A DNA stretch of 63,771 bases, counting the filler, from Stramenopiles sp. TOSAG23-2 (lineage: Eukaryota), in NCBI GenBank assembly GCA_900128395.1. It is 24 parts of 24 records of this genome, joined end to end, with 100 filler letters (N's around TTAATTAATTAA, not from the genome) between each part and the next. Parts side by side here need not be neighbours in the genome. Positions count along the whole stretch, not along the records: positions 1 to 2,577 come from LT651644.1; positions 2,678 to 5,253 come from LT651645.1; positions 5,354 to 7,927 come from LT651646.1; positions 8,028 to 10,600 come from LT651647.1; positions 10,701 to 13,273 come from LT651648.1; 19 more parts are not named here. The stretch is one strand, 5' to 3'. A program made the position numbers and the translations under genes. Shown piece by piece: positions 1 to 12,463 of the stretch. Numbering within the stretch: position 1 is the stretch's first letter; each line of letters opens with the position of its first letter. The notes beneath the pieces were generated by a model. The model searched no databases. It saw only the letters and a list, made by a program, of their open reading frames with translations, and had not been told where the DNA came from.

Positions 1-118
1 AAGCAAAAAGAAAGCCCGGTTTCCAAATGATTATAGAAGAATTCAGGAAATACATTATTCACATTTATATAATACGTCTTCTAATCGAAAATCTTACAAG
101 AAAAATAAATCAGGATCT

Positions 119-563
119 ATGGATGATTCATCATTAAAACGATTTAAACAAAAGCTTGAAACACTGGAAGATGTACCGTTAATTGTCAAATCAATTCGTG
201 GAGATGGAAATTGTTTATTTCGTGCAATAAGCCATCAAATATATGGAACATCAGATCATCATCAAATGGTTCGTCAAAAATGTGTGGAATATATGATGAT
301 TGAAAAAAGATTTTTTAAAAATTTCATAGTTATATCAGATGATTATGTTGGTGATAATGATGATAATGATCGACATATGCAATATTTTGAAGATATGAGT
401 CAATTAGGGACGTGGGGTGGGGATCCTGAAATTCAAGCATGTGTTGAAATATATAATCGTCCAATACATATGTATTATTTTAAAGATGTTGATAATACGA
501 TAAATATTATAAAACGTGGTCCAGATGAAATTAATGTAACAAATAGTGGCAGTAGTAGTAGTG

Positions 564-594
<31 letters not shown>

Positions 595-1378
595 TACAAC
601 TACGAGATCTGCTGGTCGAGGTAGAATGAGTCATGCAGATTCAGAAGAAGCAAGTACAGGATTAGGTCAAACATTACGTTTGCATTATGAAGGATATAAT
701 CATTATAATTCAATAGTTAAAAAAATACCAAAAAATAATCGTAGTCGTAGTAATAATACTAATAATAATGTTGTACGAACCAGTCCTGGTAAGATTGAAG
801 ATTTGGCATTAGCAAATGCTCGTGCAAGACGTCAACAATATGAAGATACAACAGATGAAAGTAATGAAGGTAAAACAGATGAAGGTGGGCAAAAAAAAGG
901 CAATAATACTAGCAATCAATATAAAAATGGTACACATGAAGATGAGGAGCGATTATTAATGTTAATGAGAGGTGCAGTTAAATTTGTACCAGTTCAAATC
1001 GATGATCAAATCCTATTTATTGATGCAGATTCAACAACGACAACAACAACAACAGGCGGTGGTGGTTTAAATAGTAGTACAAATTTTGATGATGAATTGC
1101 AATTAGCATTGGAAGTTAGTAAAAGAGATGCAGAGAAAGAAAGTGTTAAAATGATTGGCGATAACTTTGATGATGACGAATTGTCACGTGCAATGAAAGC
1201 ATCATTGGATTTGCATAGACAAACGTCATCTGAAAGGAATGAGGAGAAAGAGCGAATGGAAATTTTAAAAGCCAAAGCGGAAAGTCTAGGATATGATTAT
1301 AACAGCGAGGAATATCAATTACAATTAGCAATGGAAGAAAGTATGAAAATGGCACCTGAAAATTATGGGAAGAAATAG
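119..1378 (+). CDS. OTU-domain deubiquitinase (OTUD5-like) with C-terminal UIMs
   Basis: GDGNCLFRAISHQIYG Cys box, WGG..EIQA, HYNS His box; three UIM-like motifs (DDELQLALEVSK, DDELSRAMKASL, EEYQLQLAMEESMK). Confidence 0.9.
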
Positions 1379-1942
1379 AGAGAGAGAAGGGGAGGAGACT
1401 TGGGAGAGAGAGAGAGAGAGTTGTGTGGTGTGTTCTTTTTAGACAAAGTGTTTGACATTTACCTGTACATTATGGCGTAAAATATTTTTTAACCCGCGCA
1501 CCCGTTCTTCATGCTGTTGTAGTGCTATTTGTACAAGATTTTCACCTTACCTCAATTTTATTCACACACATCAGGTGTAATAAAAGCTTAAATAATTAAA
1601 TAATGATAAATGTTATTAAATTATTAATATATGTACACCTTGCATCTATTTTAGATCTATATAAACCAATAAAAGGATAGATATGTTTAAACTTAAGTAA
1701 ATGTAATTAGAGATACCCCCTCGATGTGTAAGTTTGAAAACATTTTAATCCTTTTCAACTTTTGGCCCATACATCATACTGTATCAAACGGAAGAACGCG
1801 CCGTTTACTTATATAATCGAAAGTGTGGTGGTATATATTAGCAACATTGTACCTACATATCTCTTGACTAATCAATCGAAATAACAATAAAAATATATAA
1901 TATCCAAACGGAATATTATTATTATTTAAAAACTATATAAAC

Positions 1943-2577
1943 ATGGCATCATTAGAAAATGATAATACTGCAACAACAAACTCATCGTTATTTAAAGAAT
2001 ATCGTGATGATTTAATATCATATTTAGCAAATGTTCGTAATGAGATTAAAGAAGTATTGCAAGATGATGCATATTTATTAAAAATGTTTGCAGATAATGA
2101 TGATACAAATGAAGAAGAAGATAAAAAGAACGATGACGAAGATACTGGTGGTAATTTTGTTATTGAACATAGTGATACGTTTAGACAAGGAGAATTAGCT
2201 TTGTATATTGAAAACATGTATAATGAATTCGATTTAAATCATGATGAAAAATTAGGCAAAGGTGAAATTACTATGTTTTTATGCAAATTTCTAAACATTA
2301 GTCGTGGACACTCTGTTAATCAAATACGCGCAGAGTTAGATAACGATGTCCGAGGTGCAATGACAACATGGAAGAAAAAACAAGAAGAGGAAAATCCAAC
2401 ATTTCAAGGTGATTTAGAAAAAGCTGTGGATAAGTTTTGGAAAAATCAATTACCAGTGTTTAAAGGTGTTATTTCAACACATCATCAAAATATGATTGAA
2501 GAGAAAGAATCATTAACGGAAGAGTGCAACGTAGCAATTCTTAACAATTCATTTGTTTTCGTTAAATTCTCATCAAA
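1943..2577 (+). CDS. Hypothetical protein with EF-hand-like motif, 3' truncated
   Basis: ORF open to contig end; FDLNHDEKLGKGE resembles an EF-hand loop. Confidence 0.6.
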
Positions 2578-2677
2578 NNNNNNNNNNNNNNNNNNNNNNN
2601 NNNNNNNNNNNNNNNNNNNNNTTAATTAATTAANNNNNNNNNNNNNNNNNNNNNNNNNNNNNNNNNNNNNNNNNNNN
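2578..2677. other. Artificial contig linker (N-run, TTAATTAATTAA, N-run); 23 such linkers occur about every 2.65 kb, the last at 61132-61231
   Basis: Identical 100-nt spacer containing stops in all frames; inter-linker lengths decrease steadily. Confidence 0.98.
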
Positions 2678-2754
2678 TACTCTAATTGGGAGTCTGTTAT
2701 TTTTATTACATTTCACCTTAATATTAGCATAATCACAGTACTAAGTATTTTATG

Positions 2755-3065
2755 CCTTTCGTCTTTTTTAATATGAACACAGCAGGGGCCTTTTCGTCTT
2801 TTTCGTTATGAACACAGCAGGGGCTTTTCGTCTTTTTCGTTATGAACACAGCAGGGGCTTTTCGTCTTTTTCGTTATGAACACAGCAGGGGCTTTTCGTC
2901 TTTTTCGTTATGAACACAGCAGGGGCTTTTCGTCTTTTTCGTTATGAACACAGCAGGGGCTAAATCCGTTTCTGTTATATGAACACAGCAGGGGCTAAAT
3001 CCGTTTCCTTTTATATCAACATAGCAGGGGCCTTTTCGTCCTGTCGCATATGAACATAGCAGGGC
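2755..3065. repeat. 34-35 bp minisatellite, about 9 copies
   Basis: Unit ATGAACACAGCAGGGGCTTTTCGTCTTTTTCGTT at 2773, 2808, 2842, 2876, 2910, 2944, 2979, then degenerating. Confidence 0.92.
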
Positions 3066-4021
3066 AACACTAGAGATAGTTGCCATGCTGCATCATGCTG
3101 TCCTGACTTTAGCAATAGTGCACTATACTTGTGTGGTAAAAAAAAAAAAAAAAAACAAAAAAAAAACAGTATGCGTAAAAAAATAAAGGTATTATAAATA
3201 AAACATATAGGAAGATGTCAATAATGATTCATATGTATGCAACGAGGAGTGTGAAGTCTCCACGCTTTAACGTATATTGTAAAATATATAAATAGGATAT
3301 ATATATATATACCATATATCTTGTATATGGTATATGTATGTTAGGAGTGATTACAACCACTATCATCTATTTGGTACATGTTATGGCATCCTTTAAATTT
3401 AATGTAAATAAATATATGTATTATAATTTTGATACTAAAAAAATTTTCCAACTTGTGTTATATCTGCAAAATTAAGTTGTCAGGTTTTTTGGCATCATAT
3501 GTTGTACTTAAAGAGTACTAATATTCGTAACCTATCATTCGTGTCCAGCATTTTTTACCAGCCCTATCAAAATATCAAGTCTTTTTATAGTCTTAGAAAA
3601 TAGTTATCTGACAACTTAATGAAAACCGAATTTCTTGCTCTTCAACAAATATTGCGCTGATGTATTATTTTTTTTTTTATTTTTCCCACTTGCCCTACTG
3701 GCCTACATTTATATTTTAATTTACGATTAAAATAACGTTTGCGACAGCCAATACACAATATCGTATACATCGATACAGCACAACACTATCACACACTATA
3801 TATGAATGGATAGTACAGTAGTACTATACTTAATACTGTACAACAACGCATACGATATTACACTACGCCTCGACTACAATCAGAAAACCAATATCCCCTA
3901 TGATATTAAGCAATTGATATCAAACTGCCAAAACCCTCCTTAACTCCAACGAATTCCATCGCTGTGCCACAACCCCCAATCCAGACCTAATGCAGGGCTC
4001 TCGCCGTACGGCAATTTTTTT

Positions 4022-4765
4022 TTATTTTATTTTTTTACTACCACCACCCTCAATCTTTCCCTGCCGCTTCTTCTTTATATCATTATTTTCATCTTCGCCA
4101 TTATCACTATATACAAAACCATCATCTTCACCTTCTTCTGCTTCTTCATCGTCATCATCAATATCATCTTGACTTGCCCAAAATCGTTTCAAACTTAAAC
4201 TTTTTTCCAATGCTCCAGCTTTATTGTATTCCCTTGAAGCATGTTCAAGATACATTTTCCCCATCAATATATTTGGCGCTTTTTGTGCTTTATCAATTAA
4301 TCTATCAGCAATTTGTTCTTTTTTGCGATACTTTTTTAGTAAACTTAAACTCTTTAGATCATATCTATGGTGGGCTACCCGTTTTTTTAATACAGCAATT
4401 TCCTGTTCTCCCATAGCGACAGATGCTCTTATTGCTCGTTTGAGTTCTAAATCTTCAACTTTCTCTAAATTTTTTAATGTAGTAGCATAGAACTTTTCAA
4501 CCTTCAAAATATCCAATTTTAATTTTCGTTTCAATTCATCTTCTTTTTCAAGCGCCTTTCGTTGTTCGTGTGCAACAGGCTGAGGCCTCATCCATGGGAC
4601 GACAACGGTCTCTGGATCTTTTCTAATTCTTTTCTTTTTATATTTTTTCATTTTCATTCTTTGAGGTGGTGTATCTAGCTTTTTAACATAAAATGGTTTC
4701 CTAGCTGTTGCCGTAAAGTAATTGGAACGTGCAGCCTCCGCCGCTGCCTGTTTACTTGATCTCAT
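4022..4765 (-). CDS. Hypothetical basic coiled-coil protein with acidic patch
   Basis: 247-aa ATG-initiated ORF with protein-like composition; no recognised motif. Confidence 0.7.
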   Translation of the reverse strand: MRSSKQAAAEAARSNYFTATARKPFYVKKLDTPPQRMKMKKYKKKRIRKDPETVVVPWMRPQPVAHEQRKALEKEDELKRKLKLDILKVEKFYATTLKNLEKVEDLELKRAIRASVAMGEQEIAVLKKRVAHHRYDLKSLSLLKKYRKKEQIADRLIDKAQKAPNILMGKMYLEHASREYNKAGALEKSLSLKRFWASQDDIDDDDEEAEEGEDDGFVYSDNGEDENNDIKKKRQGKIEGGGSKKIK

Positions 4766-5357
4766 TTTTGATGCGTTTAAGTATGTAATTTGATCTGTTC
4801 ATACAACTTATTTTCCACTATATCGTATGTTATGTATTATATTATCTATATCCTTTTATGATTTATGTGCTTATCTGTAAACAAAGTTCAATTATACTTA
4901 AATGTTATTAATAATATTATGTTGCAACATAATAAATCTAGTTTTGATGATGGTGATGAAGTTTAAGTAGTGGCGTTGCAAGTTGCTGCATAAAAAAGCT
5001 GTCGCGATCTCACCACACGTGATGCAGCTGATCTCAGCTCAGCTCAGGTACGATAACAATAGCATTACGTAGCAGGCATTTAGCATTATAATGCAAACGT
5101 CAGGCAAACCACAATACACTAAAGTTTTACACTTGATGTGATGATGGGCACAACATGGGGATAACTTCAAAATTATTCAACACTAATAACAATGGAAAAA
5201 ATATATATATATATTCATCATCACTTCTTTTAGCTAGATTATTAAAATATTACNNNNNNNNNNNNNNNNNNNNNNNNNNNNNNNNNNNNNNNNNNNNTTA
5301 ATTAATTAANNNNNNNNNNNNNNNNNNNNNNNNNNNNNNNNNNNNNNNNNNNNATGG

Positions 5358-5590
5358 GCATGAAAAATTATCGTCGGACCAAAAGATGGAAAAAGGATAT
5401 TTATCGTTCGATAAAATTGTTCTAAATTTTGGGAATCTGAAAATCGACGTATGGAAATCATGATAGTATTGTTAAGTTCCATAGCTATGAGAGTATTCTA
5501 TTGTATTTTATATTTTTCGGATATGTTTATAGTATATTTTCATATATCCCAACAATATGGAAAATTAGTCCCAACGATAATTTTTCATGC
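5358..5590. mobile_element. MITE-like element with ~26-bp terminal inverted repeats
   Basis: GCATGAAAAATTATCGTCGGACC at 5358 versus GTCCCAACGATAATTTTTCATGC ending 5590; right end repeated at 6171-6229. Confidence 0.65.
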
Positions 5591-6676
5591 GATATTTTGG
5601 CCTCAATACTATTCCCATGCTAATTATCGTTGTCAGGTCAAAAGTGCATTTTCCGTAGTGTTGTAGGAAACAAGTACAAAATATTCATATCAAAAACATA
5701 ATATCAGAATTTGATCACTTATTTTAGCTTCTAATGAATTTTAATTTTAAAATACACACTTTATTTCTGAAAAGTTTATGATATTTTATTCACCCTCAAA
5801 ATGACAATTAATACCAATTGTATTGATATATTTATAAAAACTCCCTCTTGGTAATTACCATATTTCAGATCACCTACATACTTCAAACGTTCAACTACAC
5901 GAAAATGTTCCTTCGCAAATGGTCAACAATGGTTATTGGTTTTGCACTTTTGCTTCTTCTTGTATAAAATAGCACTTTTTTCCTAACTGGTGGCTATCGT
6001 GGTATTGGCGCTCAAAAAGTCAAATTGTTAGACGACAATAACATTAGTAATCGGAATTGGATTTTATTAGCAGGGAATTATGCTTTGATTATCGGTAAAT
6101 TGTTGCCTTAATTATTTCTATATTTGGAAGGTTGGTTAAGGGCTTTGGATTAGTTGGGAAAGTTTTAACAGTATATTTTCATATATGCCAAAAATATGGA
6201 AAATTAGGCCCAACGATAATTTTTCATGCGTATGATTGATTGAATTAACAATACATAGTATAGGGAAAAATGCAACTGTTGCCTATCTAGTACAAATTAG
6301 CATGTGATAAACATTGCTTAGATAACATAGACTCAGGATTAAGGTGCCTTAGATAATGGGATTACACTAGTAATATTTATTTTATATCATGCTAGTGGAA
6401 TTCTATAGTGTGCTGTTTTAATTTCCGTAGATCGTAACAATAATTTTATGCATCTGAAATTTCAAAAAGGTATTTTATTAAAATTTATCGCTCCATATAC
6501 TCTCATTAGTAAGTTAGTGTCATTTTATAATAATTTAATATGGCATTTAGCTTATAATGCACACTTTCGTAACACATATCATTTCCATCTCATTCCACGG
6601 TACACCTTTCAAGCTCAGAAATTCCTAAAACGATAAGTAGACACATTGATGAAATTTACAATCCATAAAATAATAA

Positions 6677-7759
6677 TCAGCATTTCTGCACCTCTCTCAA
6701 CGCAACGTTATAATCATTATGCGACGGGCGATCAACCCCAGGAACCCACTCATTTATTGGTTTATCCGAATCTTGACGCAGGCGAAAGAAATAAAAGGGT
6801 ATAAATGAAATTTTCGCGTTCTCACTATCTAACCACGTTTTATAAATTTTTTCGACATTATTGCTATTACTATACATTTTCTTATCGCGCCCATATGCCG
6901 TGCACAAATCTGGGGTAGTAAAATACAATGAAGCCGCATCCCTAGAACCGAGAAAAAAGCGGTCATTATAACCACCCGATGATCGCCACGACGGCAAATA
7001 ACACACTCCACTTTTTTTGAGGGAAACATTTGGAAAAGGTAATACATACACAACATCCATGCGAATCCAAATATACCATTTGTGGGAAATATTGAATTTC
7101 TGTTCAAACGAAAGCACTTCTTTGTATACCTCATTCTTGTATATATGTTGTGCATTAGCTTCACCATAAAAATCGAAAAGCATTTTCTCCTTGGACCATC
7201 CCTTAAATCGTTTATTGTCCAACGACGATTCTCGCATTTTTTCGTGGCCATGGAGAATATCACTGAGGCATTTCTGATTTGCCTTAGGTCGATTTCTTTT
7301 CTTTACAACTACGCTATGAAAATGTCGCCACTGCGATAAGAAGGTAACATCATTGGCATTGGAAGTGTTCTCGATAACAGAGAAGAAATTAAGTTTCAAA
7401 TTTTGTCTTAAAAGCTCGCCGAACACATATTTTTTAATAGAACAGTGAGTTCGTGATAGACTTCTAGTCTGATGAGACGTTAATACAGCTACGAATTCTG
7501 CCCTATCCTCTCTCGTTTCCACATTAATATGATCTGGTATGGTTGGCAGTCCTTCTCTTGAATAAAGGTCGGTGTTTTTTTTACTGGGGGTTTGAGGTAG
7601 ATGCGTTGTCCGCGTATCATTTGTACTACTTAAAGGCAAAACTTGCGAAAAGTGGGACATATTGAATTTGCCGTTGACACTTTTGTGAAAATTGTAGAAA
7701 AAAACATGCAAAGATATTAGGGCAAAAAATAAGAAAATTGCAAATATTTTCAACTTCAT
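6677..7759 (-). CDS. Type II membrane protein, putative glycosyltransferase-like
   Basis: N-terminal TM anchor and stem, then WYIWIRMDVV and GGYNDRFFLGSR (RxD and NDxF motifs). Confidence 0.65.
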   Translation of the reverse strand: MKLKIFAIFLFFALISLHVFFYNFHKSVNGKFNMSHFSQVLPLSSTNDTRTTHLPQTPSKKNTDLYSREGLPTIPDHINVETREDRAEFVAVLTSHQTRSLSRTHCSIKKYVFGELLRQNLKLNFFSVIENTSNANDVTFLSQWRHFHSVVVKKRNRPKANQKCLSDILHGHEKMRESSLDNKRFKGWSKEKMLFDFYGEANAQHIYKNEVYKEVLSFEQKFNISHKWYIWIRMDVVYVLPFPNVSLKKSGVCYLPSWRSSGGYNDRFFLGSRDAASLYFTTPDLCTAYGRDKKMYSNSNNVEKIYKTWLDSENAKISFIPFYFFRLRQDSDKPINEWVPGVDRPSHNDYNVALREVQKC

Positions 7760-8431
7760 TGTTTCTTAACTAATGCAATTCTTGTAATCTTTATATCGAG
7801 TAGATGCGAGACTGTAATGAATACTTCGGAATAATAAATTCCAGAAAATTTGAACATAGATTTCGCCCCCAATCAAGGAATTTTGGCACTATAGCTGTTA
7901 TTATCAGCCTTTGATTCCAATTTTGACNNNNNNNNNNNNNNNNNNNNNNNNNNNNNNNNNNNNNNNNNNNNTTAATTAATTAANNNNNNNNNNNNNNNNN
8001 NNNNNNNNNNNNNNNNNNNNNNNNNNNAATTTTCCATATTTTTCAAATAGACGTTCCAATATAGTATTATCTTCTTCCGTAAGGGACGACAATGTCGTAC
8101 ATGCTTTCTTGTTTGATGATGATGATGCCATTCTTTTATTATTTATATATATATATATATATATACTATTTTTCAATGTATATATATACTGTACTACTAA
8201 TATATATAGTTTCTATATTTTTCTATTTTTATTTTAATTCAAAATTCAATTTATTTCACCATTTCTATATAATAGTCATTTATTTTGGGCAATCGCAATA
8301 TTCCCTTAAACTATAATAAACAACGTTACTTTAATTGGCATTTAACTTTTATGGACCCAGCTAAGTCCGGAGACTCAACCGGATGTGCTGTCCACTTCCA
8401 CTCACTCTCACTTAACAATCAACAAAACAAA

Positions 8432-8752
8432 AAAAAAATTTTGTTTTCTAATCCACTTAATACCTAAATATCTTTCTCAACATCCTATAAGATATTAAAA
8501 CATCCCTAACCTCTTCTCTGTGTATGTAAAATCCCTCTCTAAACATTTATTTAATCTAGTGATAATCAATTTATTCCATAACTAATATTTGTCTGTTACC
8601 TCCAACTTATTCCAAATTCCTCCTCCTAACAACTCAAAGTCCTAAATTCGATGGCATTAACATAGCACGTTGATCGACTACAGCACATGTATACTCCGCT
8701 ATATAATACCTCCTAATCTAGGCTCCTAAATTCTCTATCAAGTCTTCTGCAT
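8432..8752. repeat. Left arm of ~320-bp inverted repeat
   Basis: Reverse complement of 10280-10600. Confidence 0.92.
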
Positions 8753-9592
8753 ATTTATGATATTTACAAGCCCTGAGAGCATTTCAACATGAAGTTGACG
8801 AGTAACGTGTACGCGGGTCATTGTTATTTTTCCAGAAAAACCATAAAGCAATACATCCTTGTATTTTCCTTCTGTTATCTCAATCGCGGATCCACTTGCT
8901 GTATCGTTTAAATTCACATTTAAACTGATTGGCAAATTCTTTGTAAAATCAATTTTAATAGAAATAAAACATCCACAATAATATTGGCCTGCTGATCCTA
9001 TCCCTTCAGTGTAATTTTCTTCAGTCATCACCAATGAATTTATATAATTTTTTGATTCATATTTCCAATATTCATTATCATTTGCAGACTGATATGCGGC
9101 AACGACCAGATTGCAATGGCTTAACGTTATGTTAAAGTTTTCTTTTTTTGCCATACTTCCTTCTTGTAACTTACAAACATCTTTTGCTAGATCAGCTACG
9201 ATACCATATAACAAAAAGACTATTCCAAGCAATATTATTATACGATCGCATCGAATCAAATACATAATAATTAATTTCATTAGCCTGTCTGTTTTCTTTT
9301 TCACTTCGGCCACATCAATATTTTTTACATTTTCCATTAATTTCACATTATCCAGATTTTCCATAATTATACTTTTACGTTTTACGGGTCTATTTTTTGT
9401 ATTTGCTTTTTTATCTTTTTTCTCATTCTTTACTTTGGCAGCTTTTCTTACCTGCAGATTATTATCGTTTATACTAACATTATGGTTGACTTTTACTTCG
9501 ACTTTTCCAGTAGCTGATAGAACATTTGGAGAGATTTTGGTTTTTGCTGGAGATGATACTTTCGTTGATTCGTTCTTCATCTTTGGACACAA
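8738..9592 (-). CDS. Hypothetical single-pass membrane protein, apparently truncated by the inverted repeat arm
   Basis: 284-aa ORF with TM IIILLGIVFLLYGIVA; last codons MQKT* lie inside the repeat arm. Confidence 0.7.
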   Translation of the reverse strand: MCPKMKNESTKVSSPAKTKISPNVLSATGKVEVKVNHNVSINDNNLQVRKAAKVKNEKKDKKANTKNRPVKRKSIIMENLDNVKLMENVKNIDVAEVKKKTDRLMKLIIMYLIRCDRIIILLGIVFLLYGIVADLAKDVCKLQEGSMAKKENFNITLSHCNLVVAAYQSANDNEYWKYESKNYINSLVMTEENYTEGIGSAGQYYCGCFISIKIDFTKNLPISLNVNLNDTASGSAIEITEGKYKDVLLYGFSGKITMTRVHVTRQLHVEMLSGLVNIINMQKT

Positions 9593-10279
9593 TGTAATTG
9601 AATTTTTTTTTTCCCTAGACTATCTACAAAAATGCACAAATAACTAAGTTATTGATATTTTTAAGTACAATTCTTTGATTATTCTTGTTTTGGTATATAT
9701 TCAATGTTATGTATAGTGTATATTATGTGATGAAACGTTTGTTTATATATTAGGACGATTTATTATTATTGTATTATTACATAAATTACTTTGTGTATAG
9801 GTATATACGCTAAAGCAATATAAGGATGAATGGTTATAATGATCATGTTGCGTGTTTACTTACTTGTGAAACATGTACAGTAGTCTACATATATATTTCA
9901 ACTATAGACGACTATCTACGCAGTTACATGTGTGGGAACCAGCAAACCAGCAAACTATACTACCGTAGGTCAACCAGGCCAGGCAGGACAACAACAAAAG
10001 TTGGAAGTTAAGAGAAGATGCTTCCTTGCTGGCCAGCTGGCTTGCCACTTGCCAGCTTGCCTTCCAGCCTTACCAGGTATATTAAATGTCTGATGCAATG
10101 CTATTCCCCTGCTATTACTTGCAATACGCCTCTTCCTTGTAAATGAGAAGGATTATTAATGAAATTAATTTTATGATATTTTCCAACATCCAGATGCAAT
10201 CAGGATCGCTGGAAAATATCTCAGTTATTTTAAGTAGCAGCAGTATTGCCATATGGACCTGGATCGATGCTTGTGTAAC

Positions 10280-10600
10280 ATGCAGAAGACTTGATAGAGA
10301 ATTTAGGAGCCTAGATTAGGAGGTATTATATAGCGGAGTATACATGTGCTGTAGTCGATCAACGTGCTATGTTAATGCCATCGAATTTAGGACTTTGAGT
10401 TGTTAGGAGGAGGAATTTGGAATAAGTTGGAGGTAACAGACAAATATTAGTTATGGAATAAATTGATTATCACTAGATTAAATAAATGTTTAGAGAGGGA
10501 TTTTACATACACAGAGAAGAGGTTAGGGATGTTTTAATATCTTATAGGATGTTGAGAAAGATATTTAGGTATTAAGTGGATTAGAAAACAAAATTTTTTT
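10280..10600. repeat. Right arm of ~320-bp inverted repeat, runs to contig end
   Basis: Reverse complement of 8432-8752. Confidence 0.92.
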
Positions 10601-11177
10601 NNNNNNNNNNNNNNNNNNNNNNNNNNNNNNNNNNNNNNNNNNNNTTAATTAATTAANNNNNNNNNNNNNNNNNNNNNNNNNNNNNNNNNNNNNNNNNNNN
10701 CGGTTTTGCAATTTGAGGGAAAAGAAGCACTTCATTTATTTTTTTAAAATTTTGGCACCTTAATCCACATAATTATGTGGATTTCACGCTTAGAGGATAG
10801 CTTTAGTAAGCATTATGTGTGGAAATATATTATTATAACATGGAGATAGTACAGGTAATTCTTATGACAGTGAATCCGGGATAATGGGTCTTTCAATCTT
10901 AATCACTTATCATCTGTAATTGTTATAGTACTTATACTGTGTACGTGATTTTATTATAGAATCTAGTGATAGCGATAGCCAGGGCCCATCAGATCAGCAG
11001 ATCAGGCGGGCCCGTCAATACGATATTTGATAGTTGATAGTTAATATAGTTGTTTAAGTATACTAATAAATTGTACCGGATTTTACTGTGGTTGTTTTTT
11101 CTCTGGTGGATAACCGCACATACCAGATAACAAACAAACAACAACTACTTTCGAATGATGTAAGTACTGTATATTAT

Positions 11178-11463
11178 ACTAGATCGCCGCATTAATAGAT
11201 GTATCAGATAATATATACATTACTAAGAAACATTTGTAAAATAGAAACACAAACAATTTAGTAATTATATATATATAAACATGGCATTGGTTGGTATACC
11301 GATACGGTTATTGCACGAAGACTAGATCGCCGCATTAATAGATGTATCAGATAATATATACATTACTAAGAAACATTTGTAAAATAGAAACACAAACAAT
11401 TTAGTAATTATATATATATAAACATGGCATTGGTTGGTATACCGATACGGTTATTGCACGAAG
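11178..11463. repeat. 143-bp tandem duplication covering the SmD3 upstream region and first 13 codons
   Basis: 11178-11320 equals 11321-11463; ATGs at 11281 and 11424. Confidence 0.95.
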
Positions 11464-11789
11464 CAGAAAGTCATGTCATTACAGTAGAATTAAAAAATTC
11501 AGAAATATATCGTGGAATGTTATTAAAAAGTCAAGATAATATGAACTTGGAATTAACTACTGTAACACATACAGCTAGAGATGGTCAAGTGCAAAAAATG
11601 GAACAAGTATATATTAGAGGTAGCCAAATCAGGTATATTGTAGTGCCTGATCTTTTGAAAAAGGCGCCTATGTTTAATCAAGTTAGTAATGCAGGGAAGC
11701 AAGTACAAGAAGCAAATCGCTTTCATGGAAATAATAATAATAAACGTCGTGGAAAAAAAAAGAACGAACAAAATGTTTTTGTAGGTTAA
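11424..11789 (+). CDS. SNRPD3: Small nuclear ribonucleoprotein Sm D3
   Basis: GIPIRLLHEAESHVITVELK...YRG...VYIRGSQIRYIVVPDLLKKAPMF. Confidence 0.96.
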   Translation: MALVGIPIRLLHEAESHVITVELKNSEIYRGMLLKSQDNMNLELTTVTHTARDGQVQKMEQVYIRGSQIRYIVVPDLLKKAPMFNQVSNAGKQVQEANRFHGNNNNKRRGKKKNEQNVFVG

Positions 11790-12181
11790 ATATTTTATAT
11801 ACACACACACAACACACAAACATATTTTGCTTATCACATTATATTTTATTCACTGTATTCAAAATTATGGCAACACTACATACTTTGTGGGAAGTAAAAT
11901 ATTTATTTTACGACTTCATATTAAAGTATTAAAGAAGACACACGTATAATAACAAATATGCATATATATATATTATTTTTGGGAGAGAAGAATGCAAGAT
12001 AAACCTTTTCGTATTTTACGTGTGTCCGTGTTTTAGTGTATATAGTATAAAAAAAGGAAGTGAATCTCGTGTGTGTATATATATATAATATATTCTGTTA
12101 ATTTACATTTTTTTAATCTTTTATTTTATATTTCTGTGCGTGTACAAATACTTTATTTTGATCCTTTCGCGTGTTTTAATT

Positions 12182-12463
12182 TTACTTCTTCGTACTACTA
12201 CCACCAACACGATCACGCGGAATTAAACGTAATTCTTTACCATGTTTTAGAAATACATTTCCAGCACTTTGTTGTGGATTTATACCAACACCATCATTTG
12301 TAATAATAGCACTTGTGCTTGGATTTACTTTAAATTCTTCTGCGCAATATTTAAGCACAGCAGTGAAAGGTGCTTTTTCTGGCACTTTAATTACACGATA
12401 CGGTAGCTTTGGATCTGACGCTAATGTAACTTTAAATTCAACTTTTGCAACATTTTGAGCCAT
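12182..12463 (-). CDS. UFM1: Ubiquitin-fold modifier 1
   Basis: [32 protein letters not shown]...[27 protein letters not shown]. Confidence 0.98.
   Translation of the reverse strand: MAQNVAKVEFKVTLASDPKLPYRVIKVPEKAPFTAVLKYCAEEFKVNPSTSAIITNDGVGINPQQSAGNVFLKHGKELRLIPRDRVGGSSTKK

Noticed and set aside
2755-3065. CRISPR array
   Set aside because: The would-be spacers are identical to one another, so it is a plain minisatellite.
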